64,000 nt of DNA from Octopus sinensis (lineage: Eukaryota). This document shows positions 13,805 to 26,685 of the stretch, piece after piece; the stretch's first letter is position 1, and each line of letters opens with the position of its first letter. The stretch is from contig NC_043002.1 in the NCBI RefSeq assembly GCF_006345805.1, positions 114,762,001-114,826,000 of the forward strand, written 5' to 3'. The notes under the pieces are model-generated. The model was not told where the DNA came from. It saw only the letters and a program-made list of their open reading frames with translations, and did not search any database. The position numbers were made by a program, and so were the translations under genes.

Positions 13805-13858
13805 GAGATTGGCCGTTGGTTTCGCACCTATAAAGCTCTTAGGCGACTCATCAGACTC
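13805..13858 (-). ncRNA. Decayed type-I hammerhead ribozyme motif
   Basis: Minus strand: GAGT CTGATGA G..CCTA..TAGG..C GAAA CC AAC GG C C AATCTC. The CUGAUGA and GAAA core is intact but U16.1 is C. Confidence 0.45.
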
Positions 13859-14087
13859 AAATAACCGGATATATTATATATCACTGCTACAGTGTGCTTT
13901 TTTTTTATTATTTCGGATATATGAACTACTGACGATGAATGTGTGTGTAAAAATGTATGGTAAATAAACAAACGACAGGTAAAAAAACGTATAGCGTATA
14001 CAGAGAGTACAGCTAGACGAGAGACAGACACAGAAGATCCTGAATTTTTCATCAGTTATCAACCAAATGGTGTTACTCAGTTTCGCA

Positions 14088-14152
<65 letters not shown>

Positions 14153-14335
14153 CTTTATTTAAAGCAGCAGAAAATTCAACAAAACCTAGCAAAAACTGTC
14201 CGATGAACGGCAACGTGAAACTCAGAGTAACAGGTTTTGTTGAATTTTCTGCTGCTTTAAATAAAGCATATTACTTTACCACTGGTATTTGAGTACTCTT
14301 CTTTCCACCTTGTTTCACATTTATGTGTTTACTCC

Positions 14336-14340
<5 letters not shown>
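14153..14340 (+). mobile_element. Non-autonomous PLE-like element with 5' inverted duplication and hammerhead, inserted in (TA)n
   Basis: Perfect 35-bp inverted arms 14153-14187 and 14232-14266, a hammerhead between them, and (TA)n on both sides. Confidence 0.7.
14192..14238 (+). ncRNA. Minimal type-I hammerhead ribozyme (U4C variant)
   Basis: AAAACTGT CCGATGA ACG-GCAA-CGT GAAA CTCAGAG TA|ACAGGTTTT. Stem I is CUGU/ACAG, stem II is 3 bp with a GNRA loop, and GUA cleavage is predicted after 14229. Confidence 0.65.
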
Positions 14341-14372
<32 letters not shown>

Positions 14373-14809
14373 GTCTAATTGGATCTCTGTTTCGGCGATG
14401 AGTATTCATTCAAATTATTCGATGACTTGAAGCCTTATTCTGATACACGGGTTTTTTTCCACTTAATTTTCGTCTACCCTACTTGGTTCTGCCAATGCAT
14501 ATAGGCACATAATTTTCACTCATACACACCCAACACAACATCCATATTTCGACCACTGTTTATATGCATGTACATCATTGCATCAATACACACATATTAT
14601 TTGTTTATTCGTGTTCTCGCACACGCATACACATAGGTTCATTCCATGTGATACTCTATACACTCACCTATTACCATTACTCGAGTTGATTATACATAGT
14701 TACCAGGTATATGTTTGTACATATGTGCTTTGAACGTCACCGCATCGTCATATTATCAATGATATATATATACAAATAGATGTGGGTCTGCAACTCGGGC
14801 ACACACACA

Positions 14810-14860
<51 letters not shown>

Positions 14861-14889
14861 AGAGAGAGATGCACAAATCTCTCTATTTC

Positions 14890-15034
14890 ACATATATAAA
14901 ACAGACTTCATAATGATGTCGATAACGTAGCTGCGTAAAATATATATATATATAAAATTATATATATATATATATAATATATGTAAGATATATATATATA
15001 TATATATAGTAATATATATATATATATATATGTA

Positions 15035-15069
<35 letters not shown>

Positions 15070-15163
15070 ATATATAATATATATAATTATATATATATAT
15101 ATATATATGTAATATATATATATTATATATAATGTAATATATATATATATATATATATGTAAT

Positions 15164-15195
<32 letters not shown>

Positions 15196-15280
15196 AAATT
15201 ATATATATTATATATATATATATGTAATATATATGTAATATATATATATAATATATTATATAATACATATATACAAAAAC
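14890..15280. repeat. Degenerate (TA)n array
   Basis: Direct reading. Confidence 0.9.
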
Positions 15281-15956
15281 AATCAATGAGAGAGTGAGAA
15301 AGAGAGAAAGAAGGGAGAGAGAGAGAGAATGGGAGGGAGACAAGAGAGAGAGAGAGAGATGGTGTGAGAATGAGACGCCTCTGAGCCACTGCGAGACATT
15401 GTCAGCCATGTCAAATCAGTATGAAAGATATAAGCCGTATCAACATCAGCTGTCCGAAATATGTCAGCAGGTTACTACCTGTCTGTATGACAGTGTCATT
15501 GAAAAGAAAAGCGATTCAATGCCATTCCACACTGAGGCGGTCAATTTTACAGCTGAAAGATGCGAAATGCATTCAGCGACAAAATCATCTGAAATACATC
15601 TATATTTGCAAAAGACGCTCGCGTATGCAAACATAGGAGCCAACACACATGCACACGTGGAATAAGATAACTAACGTCAACAACTCTTTGCGAATATCTG
15701 TAACTGTTCTGATTCTCCTGCAGGTGACACCCCTGACAGACATGATAGAGAGAGAGACATAAAAAAATGAAACAAATTAAATCCCAAACTGATTCATTAT
15801 GGAGCAGAAAGATCTAGGCTAATACCTAAGTGAATATCTCTTAAAAAGAGATCTTACAATTGCTCAACTTCGGATAAATAATTCGCTGAAGACATGTTTC
15901 CTAAAGAAACAATAACATCAAATACACACTCATACGCATACACACACGCACACGCG

Positions 15957-16039
<83 letters not shown>

Positions 16040-16164
16040 ATTAAAACAAACATTTAAATTCTGGTCATAGAGTTACCAAAGGTTTCGTATCCACGAAAGC
16101 CAAATCTAAAAAATTTCAACTTTCTACCACGTGGACGTGAGAAAAATGCTCAGAAATGCGTAAC

Positions 16165-16350
16165 CGTATTTCGTCTGCCGTTACGTTCTGAGTTCAAATT
16201 CCGCCGAGGTCGACTTTGCCTTTCATCCTTTCGGGGTCGATAAATTAAGTACCAGTTACGCACTGGGGTCGATATAATCGACTTAATCCCTTTGTCTGTC
16301 CTTGTTTGTTCCTTCTACGTATAGCCCCTTGTGGGCAATAAAGAAATAAG
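16165..16350 (+). mobile_element. SINE family B, head-truncated
   Basis: GTATTTCGTCTGCCGTTACGTTCTGAGTTCAAATTCCGCCGAGGTCGACTTTGCCTTTCATCCTTTCGGGGTCG core and AAAGAAATAAGG tail. Confidence 0.9.
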
Positions 16351-16794
16351 GATGTGATCACACGGGTATTTTTCAATGCGAGTATTTGTTCGTGTATGAT
16401 AGAAGCCTTGCCCATTTCGGGAGTTTCAGAAAAGAACTTGTGCTTTTCATAGCATTTTCAAATCATATGATATATAACTACAAATTTCTAACAGGTTTTA
16501 ACAAACTTATGACTTATTACTTATGACTAGCATTCTAATCGAAGATAGATCGATTTCTCGTCAGACTGCCAGAGACACATAGTTAAGTACTAGTTTTATG
16601 TATTCCTGTGGTTCAAGAAAAAAATAACATAAACGTAAAATCTCTGTAGTAATATGATTCATATATATTATATAAATGTATGTGTAAGTGTACATGTATA
16701 CATATATATGTATATACACATATATATGTATGTATATGTGTGTATATATGTATGTATATGTGTGTATATATGTATATATATATGCATATATATG

Positions 16795-16825
<31 letters not shown>

Positions 16826-19052
16826 ATACACACGTCATAATGCATGTGTGTGCGAATCTATGTTGTTGACGTTAATGTGACGTGTTTAGATCTTTGTAAT
16901 TGAGGAAAGCTACATGACATTAATGCGGAATTTTCGCAATATATTTAAACTTAGAATAGATATTTAAAAAGGAAATAAAATTACGTATAAATTCACATTA
17001 TATTTTAAGGGAATAATCTTTTTTTGTTTAGCAGCAATTTTTCTGTCTGAATTCAGCTAATTAGATTTAAATGTATCCTTGTTGGCATGAAATTAGTGCA
17101 CATGCCTGCTACACTATGTAAGATTATACTCAGATGTATTCGAGTCATCATTGCTCAATTACTATGGAAGTGCCATTATCGTTTATGGTAATGGTCATTC
17201 AAGTTACATTCCAAATTTTACGGGAAATAGGTGATGGCTTTGGGTAGCTAAATCACAGCTATTTCAACATGAATAAATGCCTGGATTAATCAATTCGGGA
17301 CGCATCTATCTATGTGGGAAGGAAAGAAAAAAACCCTGATTAATTCTTCCATTCTTATCTCCTCTCAAATTAATTTCTCCTTCATCAATCAATTCTACAT
17401 AACAGAGGCTGAATAATCGTTTGTAAAAGCGAAATTCTCCATTCTTGCTGTAATCTTTTGGAATGGTTTGCATTGTGACGAGACATTGGATACTGGGAAA
17501 TACAGAACCATTTCAAAATACAAAGGCATGCATACATACATATAGAACTATATTTATACATATACACACACCCGCACACATACACACACACAAAACACAA
17601 ACACATACACAAATACACACACGTACAGACAAACTTGCACACAGGGGGTATCCGATAAGTAAAGCAGCATTTTTACTACTTGTTTTGCATTTTATATTCG
17701 AAAATCTGTGTTCGCGAGAGTGTATATCTGTAATACACTTTATGAGTATGTCCATGCATCTGTGTGTGTGTGTGTGTGTGTGTGTGCCTGCGAGTGAGTG
17801 ATTGTGTGTGCGTGTGTGTGTGTGTGTGTGCATGTATATTCGCATTCTTGTATACGCATACGAAATGAGGATAATTGTCTGAAGCAATATAGAAAAGCCA
17901 TTATCGTTCCCTTGCATCACAAATTTAAAAGATCATCGTGTACCAACTTCTGCCAGCTTACCCTACACATTAGATCTATGGAACATACACCAAAATACAC
18001 TAAAGAGATTACATCTCTTGCGTCATTGTCATACGCACATATTTGCATCAATTTAGTTGTTGCTGTAGTTCAGACCAGGTCAGAACTGATAGAGCAAAGC
18101 GATAAAATGTTTCAGCTCCAACCATCTTATTTCAGGGTGTTAGATTGTTTGCTATTTCTAATAAGCTAAGCGAGCGTGTAAAAGTATCTTTATTGGCTTC
18201 TACTGTTACAACTAGAACTGTATCTGTTATCCAAATTACTTAGATTTAATGTTTCTACATACTTCTACATACATATTCATTCAACGTAGAATGTCTTTTA
18301 ATGTACATAGACGTACAATCACACTTCTTAAGAGGACGTGGCTTTAACATTATTAATCAAGAATCCAACACACCTGCAGTTCGATACAAATTAATTATGA
18401 ACATGTTTGATTTACGTTGTTTTGCTAACCAATAGACAGTGGGACATGTAAACATCTATAAAGATATAGGCATTTATACGAACATATATATCATATATAT
18501 AAGTATATAGATGTATGCATACGTACTGAGATACGCAAGCAAACATAGCACCTAAACACACATACAGACATGCAGTACATACAAACATTTATAGTAATAT
18601 TGACTTATATTTAACATCTTCCTGTATACTCGAACGTGATGGGATTTTTCTCGGAGAAAAAGCAACTCTTCTTATTATACACTATATGTGCAAAAATAGA
18701 TCCATCAAAATTCCAAATGAACCCAACAGAGTATTACGCTGAGAGTTTCGACGTGATTTCATCGTTTCAGTGCAAATGCCATCTCAGTCACATGGAGTTA
18801 GCCGGAACATATCTTCCCGTATATATAGAAACCAGCAAAACATTAATTTTCCTCCTGCATACACACATCGTATTGTCCAAATGCCAAAGGTGATATCAGC
18901 CTGAGGGGGTGAAATCACGCCGAAACTCCGTGTCTGGTAATTTACTGACCTCGCTTAGAATCTGACATGTTTTTACACAAAAGTCTATTGAAAGAAAATT
19001 CACACGTGCTCAAACAACCCCCACCACACACATGCATATTCATACAAACACA

Positions 19053-19112
<60 letters not shown>

Positions 19113-19499
19113 GTGTGTGTGAGTGTCTGTGTGTCTGTGTGCGTGTGTGTGCGTGCTTGTGTATAAGCAGTGAGTGAGTGAGCGGGAGAGATATGTATGT
19201 AGACTCACGATGACCGTTATTACTAAGATGTGTATTTCGCAATCCTTGCTCCTAGGTAGGATACTTTAGCATTGTTTCCTGAGAAAGCATTTAGGGTGTT
19301 TCATGAAAGCTGGCAAATGAATTATCCTTCAAAAGCCCAACCTGGCAACACAATGAATCACACTGATTCTTCCTGATGATTATATCTAGTGTATACGAGT
19401 CTGTGGAATACTCGGTCACTGAAGCGCTAGTTGAATGAACAAGTACTTCCGTTCAATTGCAAACACATAGGAACTTTTGTCAGTTCAACGGAGTGCATG

Positions 19500-19542
<43 letters not shown>

Positions 19543-19636
19543 TGGTGTGGTGTGTGTGTGTGCGTGCGTGCGTGTGTGTGTGTGTGTGTGCGCGCGTGCT
19601 ACGTGCGTGCCTGTGCGTATTTGTATATACACATAC

Positions 19637-19968
19637 GGAGGTGCAATGGCCCATTGGTTAGGGCAGCGGACTCGCGGTCGTAGGATCACGTTTTCGACTC
19701 CCAGGCCAACCGCTCCGGCAGGGGATGATGGCGAACCCTGCTGTACTCTTTCACCATAACTTTCACTCTTTCTTCCTGTCTGTTGTACCTGTATTTCAAA
19801 GGACTAGCCATGTTACACTCTGTGGCACGCTGAATCTTCCCGAGAACTACGTTAAGAGTACACGTGTCTATGGAATGCTCGGCCACTTGCACGTTAATTT
19901 CACGAGCAGGCTGATCCGTTGATCGGATCACACTGGAACCTTCGTCGTCGTATGCGACGGAGAGCCAC
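19637..19968 (+). mobile_element. SINE family C (tRNA-derived)
   Basis: Head GGAGGTGCAATGGCCCATTGGTTAGGGCAGCGGACTCGCGGTCG...TTCGACTCCC has A/B boxes. Its 3' part is shared with 21190-21462 and 52920-53100. Confidence 0.8.
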
Positions 19969-21189
19969 GTACACAAACATTTAGAAAACGTATTTCTAAC
20001 AGGTATCTTACATATATATTTTGTATTTTGCTAAGTTTCAGCAATTTACGATAAACAATCCCTATTACATTTGTTTGTAATCGTTCCTTGTACTCATTCC
20101 TTAAATATTTGCTTCGTTATTATTCATGCAGTTTGTTGCTGTTAAATATTTTCGTGAACAGACTTAGGTCTAGACAAGACATGTTTTTCAAGTAAGCATG
20201 AAAAACGATCTAGTCAAAGTTAAAAGAATTTATCTACTTAGATACGGTATAGTTTTGAATTTTCCAAGTTATTCTCTTCTTCCTAATATGTTATTTTTTC
20301 AGTCAACGAACTAGTTTTTATTGCTAATAAGTGTAGAGTGATATAGCGTTTAGTAAGTAAATACACAGTTTTTACGTAACATAGATTCATTATTTCTATA
20401 AATAACTTCTTTTATGCTAGATAGCCTAAATTAGTCAATATCGATTGATAGGAACAGTAATAAAATACACCTGAAGTAATAGATATTTGCTTCTAATTAC
20501 ACCTCTAACAGACATATTAAGCCTTTCCAATAAATAATAACAGTCGTTTATGCTATTATTATTTGGATATCAAAATAACCGAGTCTTTTGAATTTTCCTG
20601 TTTTGAACACATAAATTTATGAATATATGATATTGGTAAAGTATTCCATAAAGACTCCTTCCATAAATTCTATTATGTTGAACTTTCTTCAACCCCCACC
20701 ACCCCCACCCCCACCCCAACTCCATTCTATCTTCTGACTCAAACTACTTGAACCAAACATTTTCTTCTTTTGCAATGCGAATGTTAGCATATTAAAAATG
20801 CAAATAAAAAATCTCATAGCTATCTTAAATGTCATTAGAACTACTGGGTTTTTTTCTCCCCAACTTTCAAGGAGTTCCTTTTAAGTGATTTTTTAAAAAC
20901 TTTTTTTCATTTTTCAGTTTTTTTTTCGTGTGATGTTATTCTACTTTTTTTTATATTTTTAACTTCTACATTTTGCCAGGTTTAAATGCGTTGTTTATTT
21001 TTGAATTTTTGTTTTACTTGTTTCTAACCTCAAACAATATGCGATAAGTATTTTATGTGTATAGTTAAGTCATACTTCTTAAATAAATTATACGGATGTG
21101 TGCGATCGTGTGCATGTGTGAATATAGATAGATAGAAAGATAGATATATATATGCATTTATATACACATATATGTGCGCGCGCATGTTT

Positions 21190-21462
21190 GTGAAGGTGCA
21201 TAACTTAATGGACGTGAGTTCGATATTTAGCCGCGCGTTGTGTCCTTTAATAAGACACTCAATTTCACGTTGCTCCAGTCGACGCAGCTGGCGAACATGA
21301 GTAGTACCTGTTTCTCAAAGAACCAGCCTTGTCACGTCCTGTGTCACGTTGGCTTACAAAGAGAACTACGTGTTAAGGCGACATGTGTCTGAGGAGGGCT
21401 CAGCTAATTGCACGTTAACTTCCGTTGATCGGATCAGTTGGAACACTCACTGTCATTACCGA
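21190..21462 (+). mobile_element. SINE family C, diverged (with CORE-like GTTGTGTCCTT..AAGACACT segment)
   Basis: Shares CAGCCTTGTCAC, GAGAACTACG, TTGCACGTTAA and CCGTTGATCGGATCA with 19637-19968. Confidence 0.65.
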
Positions 21463-21518
21463 TGAAGTACAGGTTATATGTGTGTGCATGCGTGTGTGCG
21501 TGCGTGCGTGCGTGCGTG

Positions 21519-21552
<34 letters not shown>

Positions 21553-21554
21553 AC

Positions 21555-21662
21555 TGTGTAGTAAGAAGCTTGCGTCTCAACCACATAATTCCGGCTTCAG
21601 TCTCACTGCGTGGCACCTTGGGCTTTAGACACAGGCCACGAAACTGAAAGAAGTCCGTCGTA
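21555..21662 (+). mobile_element. SINE family A head ending at its internal (TA)n
   Basis: CTGCGTGGCACCTTGGGC...GAAACTGAAAGAAGTCCGTCGTATA. Confidence 0.75.
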
Positions 21663-21674
21663 TATATATATAAA

Positions 21675-21714
<40 letters not shown>

Positions 21715-21765
21715 GATATATATATTATATATTATATATCTATAGATAGATATATTATAGATAGA

Positions 21766-21808
<43 letters not shown>

Positions 21809-21919
21809 ATATGATATATATATATATATATATATATAAGAACATACACCAAAAACAACAACGCGAGGGCGTGGTTCATGTAAAGTGTTAGCAGATGCTC
21901 AAGGAAGGAAAGAAAGGCG

Positions 21920-21955
21920 GTTTAACGTTTCGAGCAGACGCTCTTCTTCAGAAAC
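21920..21955 (-). ncRNA. Canonical minimal type-I hammerhead ribozyme in a PLE-like repeat
   Basis: Minus strand: GTTT CTGAAGA A GAGC-GTCT-GCTC GAAA CG TT|AAAC. Stem I is GUUU/AAAC, stem II is 4 bp, and the stem III region is the palindrome ACGU. Confidence 0.75.
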
Positions 21956-23125
21956 AGGTAAGTGCAAGAGAGAGGAAGACGGAGGAAGAAAATCGCCAAC
22001 GATTCACATGTGGTTACATTTTGTGCGTGCGGTGTGTGTGTGTTGTGTGTACAAATGTACTTTTCGCATGAAGAACGTATAGTTAAGTGCAGAGTATCGT
22101 ACTGGTCATGCTCTGCCAAACATCTATCTTAATTAATCGAACTTAGTACAGTAGTGGCAAGAAAATACATTAGCGCTAAGAAAAATTCAATTTTGCACAA
22201 GCCAACACAGAGAACTTCTGTAGTTTGGGAAAGTAAACTTGATCTTTGTTCACTATATTGACAACTCCTGGTGTGTGTATATTTTATTCAGTGAAACCAC
22301 TCATGCGCTATCAGCTTAAATTCCACCTATCGCTTGGTAATTACTCGTTTAAAGTACAACCAGCCGTTACTTTCGAGCACATACGACTTGGTATCACGTA
22401 CCATGATTTCGCTAATTGTTTTAGGTTTTATGTTATCACGAGCAGCCATAGAATCCCATTCCCTTTGACATAGCAAATGATGCATGTCCCGACAGCTAGG
22501 TAGAGCAAGAGCTGCATCAGCATCTGGCTGGTTATATTTTACAACTGAGTAAACTGGAGCGACGCAAAATAAAGAGTCTTGCTTAATGGCACAAGAATTG
22601 ATCATGAACAGACCGTCTTAATCGCAAATAATCGAAATTGCTTGGATGTCTTTGAATTTCTAAGTTAGTTCTGGCCGAACACTCATATGATTAAAATATA
22701 AGTATGCCAGTTGAATGTAAGTATTCCAGTGGGAATAATACCCTTATATTTCCCCCTTTGTCCAGGATGTACACGGGTGTAAAATATGAAATCTTTTTAA
22801 GATAGTGGGATGCAATATAGAAGCGCTTTAGCTGCTGATTATTTTAGGTTAAGCGACCTCTAAGGGTTTCTTTTAGTTTTCAATTCTTGCATCGATGAGA
22901 TGAGCTCCAGCATTACAGCATATGTTGATATACATCTTGGAGTTGTTTGTTTTTTGTACTAAAATCCTTTCCAACCATGGTCATCTTATCTATCCGTTAC
23001 GAGGTCCCTCTATACTCAGGAGTCGTTGATTCTTATCGCCAAACGTGTAATTCATTCGCCCATCGCTAAATTAATTTAATGTTAGACCTCTCTGTTTCTC
23101 AGTCTGCCAACCAGCCTGCTTACCT

Positions 23126-23190
23126 GCCTGCCTACCTGTAAGGCCTGCCTACTTGTAAGGCCTGCCTATATGTAAGGCCTGCCTACCTAC
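23126..23190. repeat. 17-bp minisatellite (GCCTGCCTACYTGTAAG) x3 plus partial
   Basis: Units start at 23126, 23143 and 23160, with a partial at 23177. Confidence 0.85.
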
Positions 23191-23218
23191 CAGTCTGTTC
23201 GCCTGATTATCTCTGTAA

Positions 23219-23631
23219 GGCGGCGAGCTGGCAGAACCGTTAGCACGCTGGGCGAAATGCTTAGCGGTATTTCGTCTGCGTTACGTTGTGAGTTCAAATT
23301 CCGCCGAGGTCGACTTTGCCTTTCATCCTTTCGGGGTCGATAAATTAAATACCAGTTACGCACTGGGGTAGATATAATCGACTTAATCCGTTTGTCTGCC
23401 CTTGTTTGTCCTTTCTGTGTTTAGCCCCTTGTGGGTAGTAAAGAAATAGGCATTTCGTCTGCCGTTACGTTCTGAGTTCAAATTTCGCCGAGGTCGACTT
23501 TGCCTTTCATCCTTTCGGGGTCGATATACTAAGTACCAGATACGCACTGGGGTCGATGTAATCGACTTAATCCGTTTGTCTGTCCTTGTTTGTCCACTCT
23601 ATGTTTAGCCCCTTGTGGGTAATAATGAAAT
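23219..23631 (+). mobile_element. SINE family B: one head followed by two tandem ~183-bp bodies
   Basis: Head GGCGGCGAGCTGGCAGAACCGTTAGCAC. The body begins TATTTCGTCT at 23268 and again CATTTCGTCT at 23451. Confidence 0.9.
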
Positions 23632-23805
23632 GAGATTATCTCTGTACCTCTGTCTGTGTGTCTGTTTGTACATTTGTCTGTCTCCAGCCGGTCGGTCGGT
23701 CGGTCGGTTGGATTGTATCTGTCTCTGCTCTCTCTCTCTCTCTGCCTCTTTCTCTCCCTCACTCCCTTTATCTCTCTTTCTTTGCCTCTGTCTGTCTGCC
23801 TGACT

Positions 23806-23863
<58 letters not shown>

Positions 23864-24310
23864 CACCATCTCTCATAGCTTTTCATACAAGTTGATGTTT
23901 GCATCCGATTCTTCCTCAATTCTTCCTCGATTCTTCCTCGTTTCAGCAGATCACCCAAATTGATCAGTTCTGAAAACTAATCAGCTTGCATATGTAAGTC
24001 TGCGTGTGAATGTGTTGCCTTGTGTGTATGTGTGTGTGTGCGCGCGTGCGCAAGCGTGTTTCTTTACGTGTCTATCTCTGTGAGTAAATATAATTACTTC
24101 ATAAAGTAATGGTGATATACTGTACTGCAGACTCGTACATATATCTCTGGTTGTCTAGAAATATCTGGTAAATCGAGATACATGCTGTGTATTATACACT
24201 TAGCTAGTCTGCATACCTCTGTACATTTATTTCAATTTAACTATAGTTACAATCTTTATACTATCCATAAGTCCTTAATTCACTAAACTAAAAGTACAAA
24301 TTATACGCTA

Positions 24311-24344
<34 letters not shown>

Positions 24345-25869
24345 GCGCACACACACACACACACATAAACATATGCACACAAACACTTATTAACACACAT
24401 ATACATTCAAGTCCATGATGCCAAATTCCTGCTATTACTCTCTTGTAAGTTTGCATACGAATTCTCCATAACGCGCACGCACCCAATCCTGCTTTCTTTT
24501 ATATCTATTTCCCAGATATACGTAGACGTACATAGAAACACTTTCACGGATACACATATACACGAATGCGTGCTTACGCGAACCACACACACACACACAC
24601 AGACACACACACACACACACCACACACACACACACAGACACACACACACGTATTCCGTGTGTGAAACTTCTGCACAGCTGGACACATATCAAATCGCTTC
24701 GACGTACGGATAAGTTTTATTTGTAAAATGAATGTGAAGCATCAAATTGCGTCAAACTGGATCTTATGCGGTGACGTTGAAGAATTGGCAAGGTTTTAGC
24801 TGTGATCAACTCGTGAGAGAGAGAGAGGAGGGAGAGAAAGAGAAAGGCAAAAAGGATGAAGGAGAGAGGGTGAGTGGCAAAGAGGAAGACAGAGAATAAT
24901 TCAGAAAGAAAGAAAGAGAGAAATGTGTGATGGAGGAGAGAGAAAGAAGAGAGAGACAAAAGAGGTGAAAGAAGGGGACGCAAACTGCAGCTTACTTTCA
25001 CAGTCTAAGGCGACACTGCTGTTTACTGGTCTGAACGACTTCCCAGCGAAATAGGGTGTCACGGTGATTCATTACACGACTTAACTTTGAACGCTGTCTC
25101 CCTTCTCTTTTGTCTTGGGTGCGCGTGTGTAAGCGTGGGCCTGTGTGCGTGTTTGCGAGTGTGTGCGTGCGTGTGTGTATGTGCGTGCGTATGTGTGAGA
25201 GAGTGTGTCTTTGCTTTTTATGCTTTTCTATATGAAAGAATATTCGTGTATATGATGCATGACTACCCCCCCACACACACACCCATACACATACACACAC
25301 GCACACACATACATGTATATATGTGTGTATGCATATCTATCTATTTGTATGTATGTGTGTGTGTGTGCATACACATATATATTATAGATACACACATGTT
25401 CGCACACCATCCATAAACTCATACTATCTCCCTCTCTTTCATTCACTTAGTCACACACTCACACATACACACATGCACACCCACACCCACACACATATTT
25501 ACTAGAATACTTTTGCATGTATTTGACTATATCTGCACAAGTACGGAATTGGGATTCCTGTGCCGAAGATGGAGAGTCCGACCCCAAGACAATAGGAGAA
25601 GGCTAGGAAAGAGGTTACCACCACCGTTGTTACCATCTCAAATACATTCTACCATCTACAATGGAACCTTTGAGACCCCAATACGATCAGCCATCAAAGA
25701 TCCCATTTCTAAGGGTACCGAGGTCCTTAAACAAAACAAAACAGAAAGCGCGAACACAGAGATGGGGTATATTTTAGATTTTCCTTCATAAATTCACAGA
25801 TTTTCACACAGGCATAGAAACAAGAAGCACTTCTTATCGGTTAGAAATTAAGATTAATTTAAGCGTGAA

Positions 25870-26060
25870 GATTGTGGTGGCGGCGGCGGCGGCCGTGGGT
25901 TTGGTGGTGATGGAGGCAGTGTGGGCGGCGGAGGCGGCAGCGGGGGCTGTGGGTTTGCTGGTGGAGGCTGCGGTGGCAGCGCGGGCAGTGGGTTTGGTGG
26001 TGGTGGTGGTGGTGGTGGTGGGGTGGTGGTGGTGGTGGTGGTGGAGGCGGTTGGTGGTGA
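25870..26060. repeat. GC-rich (GGT/GGC)n low-complexity tract
   Basis: Direct reading; includes three GTGGGTTTG(G/C)TGG motifs. Confidence 0.9.
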
Positions 26061-26427
26061 TACTGGTGTCATTATTGTGATGGATGCGGTGGCGGCGCTG
26101 TCCCTCTGTCGTTGCAATAATGCAGGAGTACTAGGTGTGGCTGATACGCTTATGATATCTACATCGGTGTTGACGTAACTACTTTGTGTTTTCATGTCAC
26201 TTGCTTCAAAATGGAAAATATCTTACAGAATTTCACAATTCCATTCATGCAGAGAACCTGCAAAATGTCACGAGCCTTTGTTCGTGCCTTAAACACTTTT
26301 TCGCTTTTCAAGGTTATTTAGAACATTTTATTTTAACATCGGTAGATAAAGAGCAATTTCATTCTTCAATTTGAAATTGTAGACGGTCATATATATGCAA
26401 ATGCGAACGAATAATATTGTATGAATA

Positions 26428-26623
26428 TTCTTTTACTTGTTTCAGTTATTTGACTGCGGCCATGCTGGAGCACCGCCTTTAGTCGAGCAAATCGACCCCA
26501 GGACTTATTCGTTGTAAGCCTAGTACTTATTTCATCGGGCTCTTTTGCGGAATAGCTAAGTGACGGGAACATAAACACACCAGGATCGGTTGTCAAGCGA
26601 TGTTGGGGGGACAAACACAGACA

Positions 26624-26685
<62 letters not shown>

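Noticed and set aside
12969-19968. tRNA-like heads of the SINEs as tRNA genes
   Set aside because: They continue into SINE bodies and lack complete cloverleaf acceptor stems.
25025-25065. CTGAACGA...GAAA...GTC ACGGT
   Set aside because: Extra core nucleotide and no closed stem II; too degenerate.
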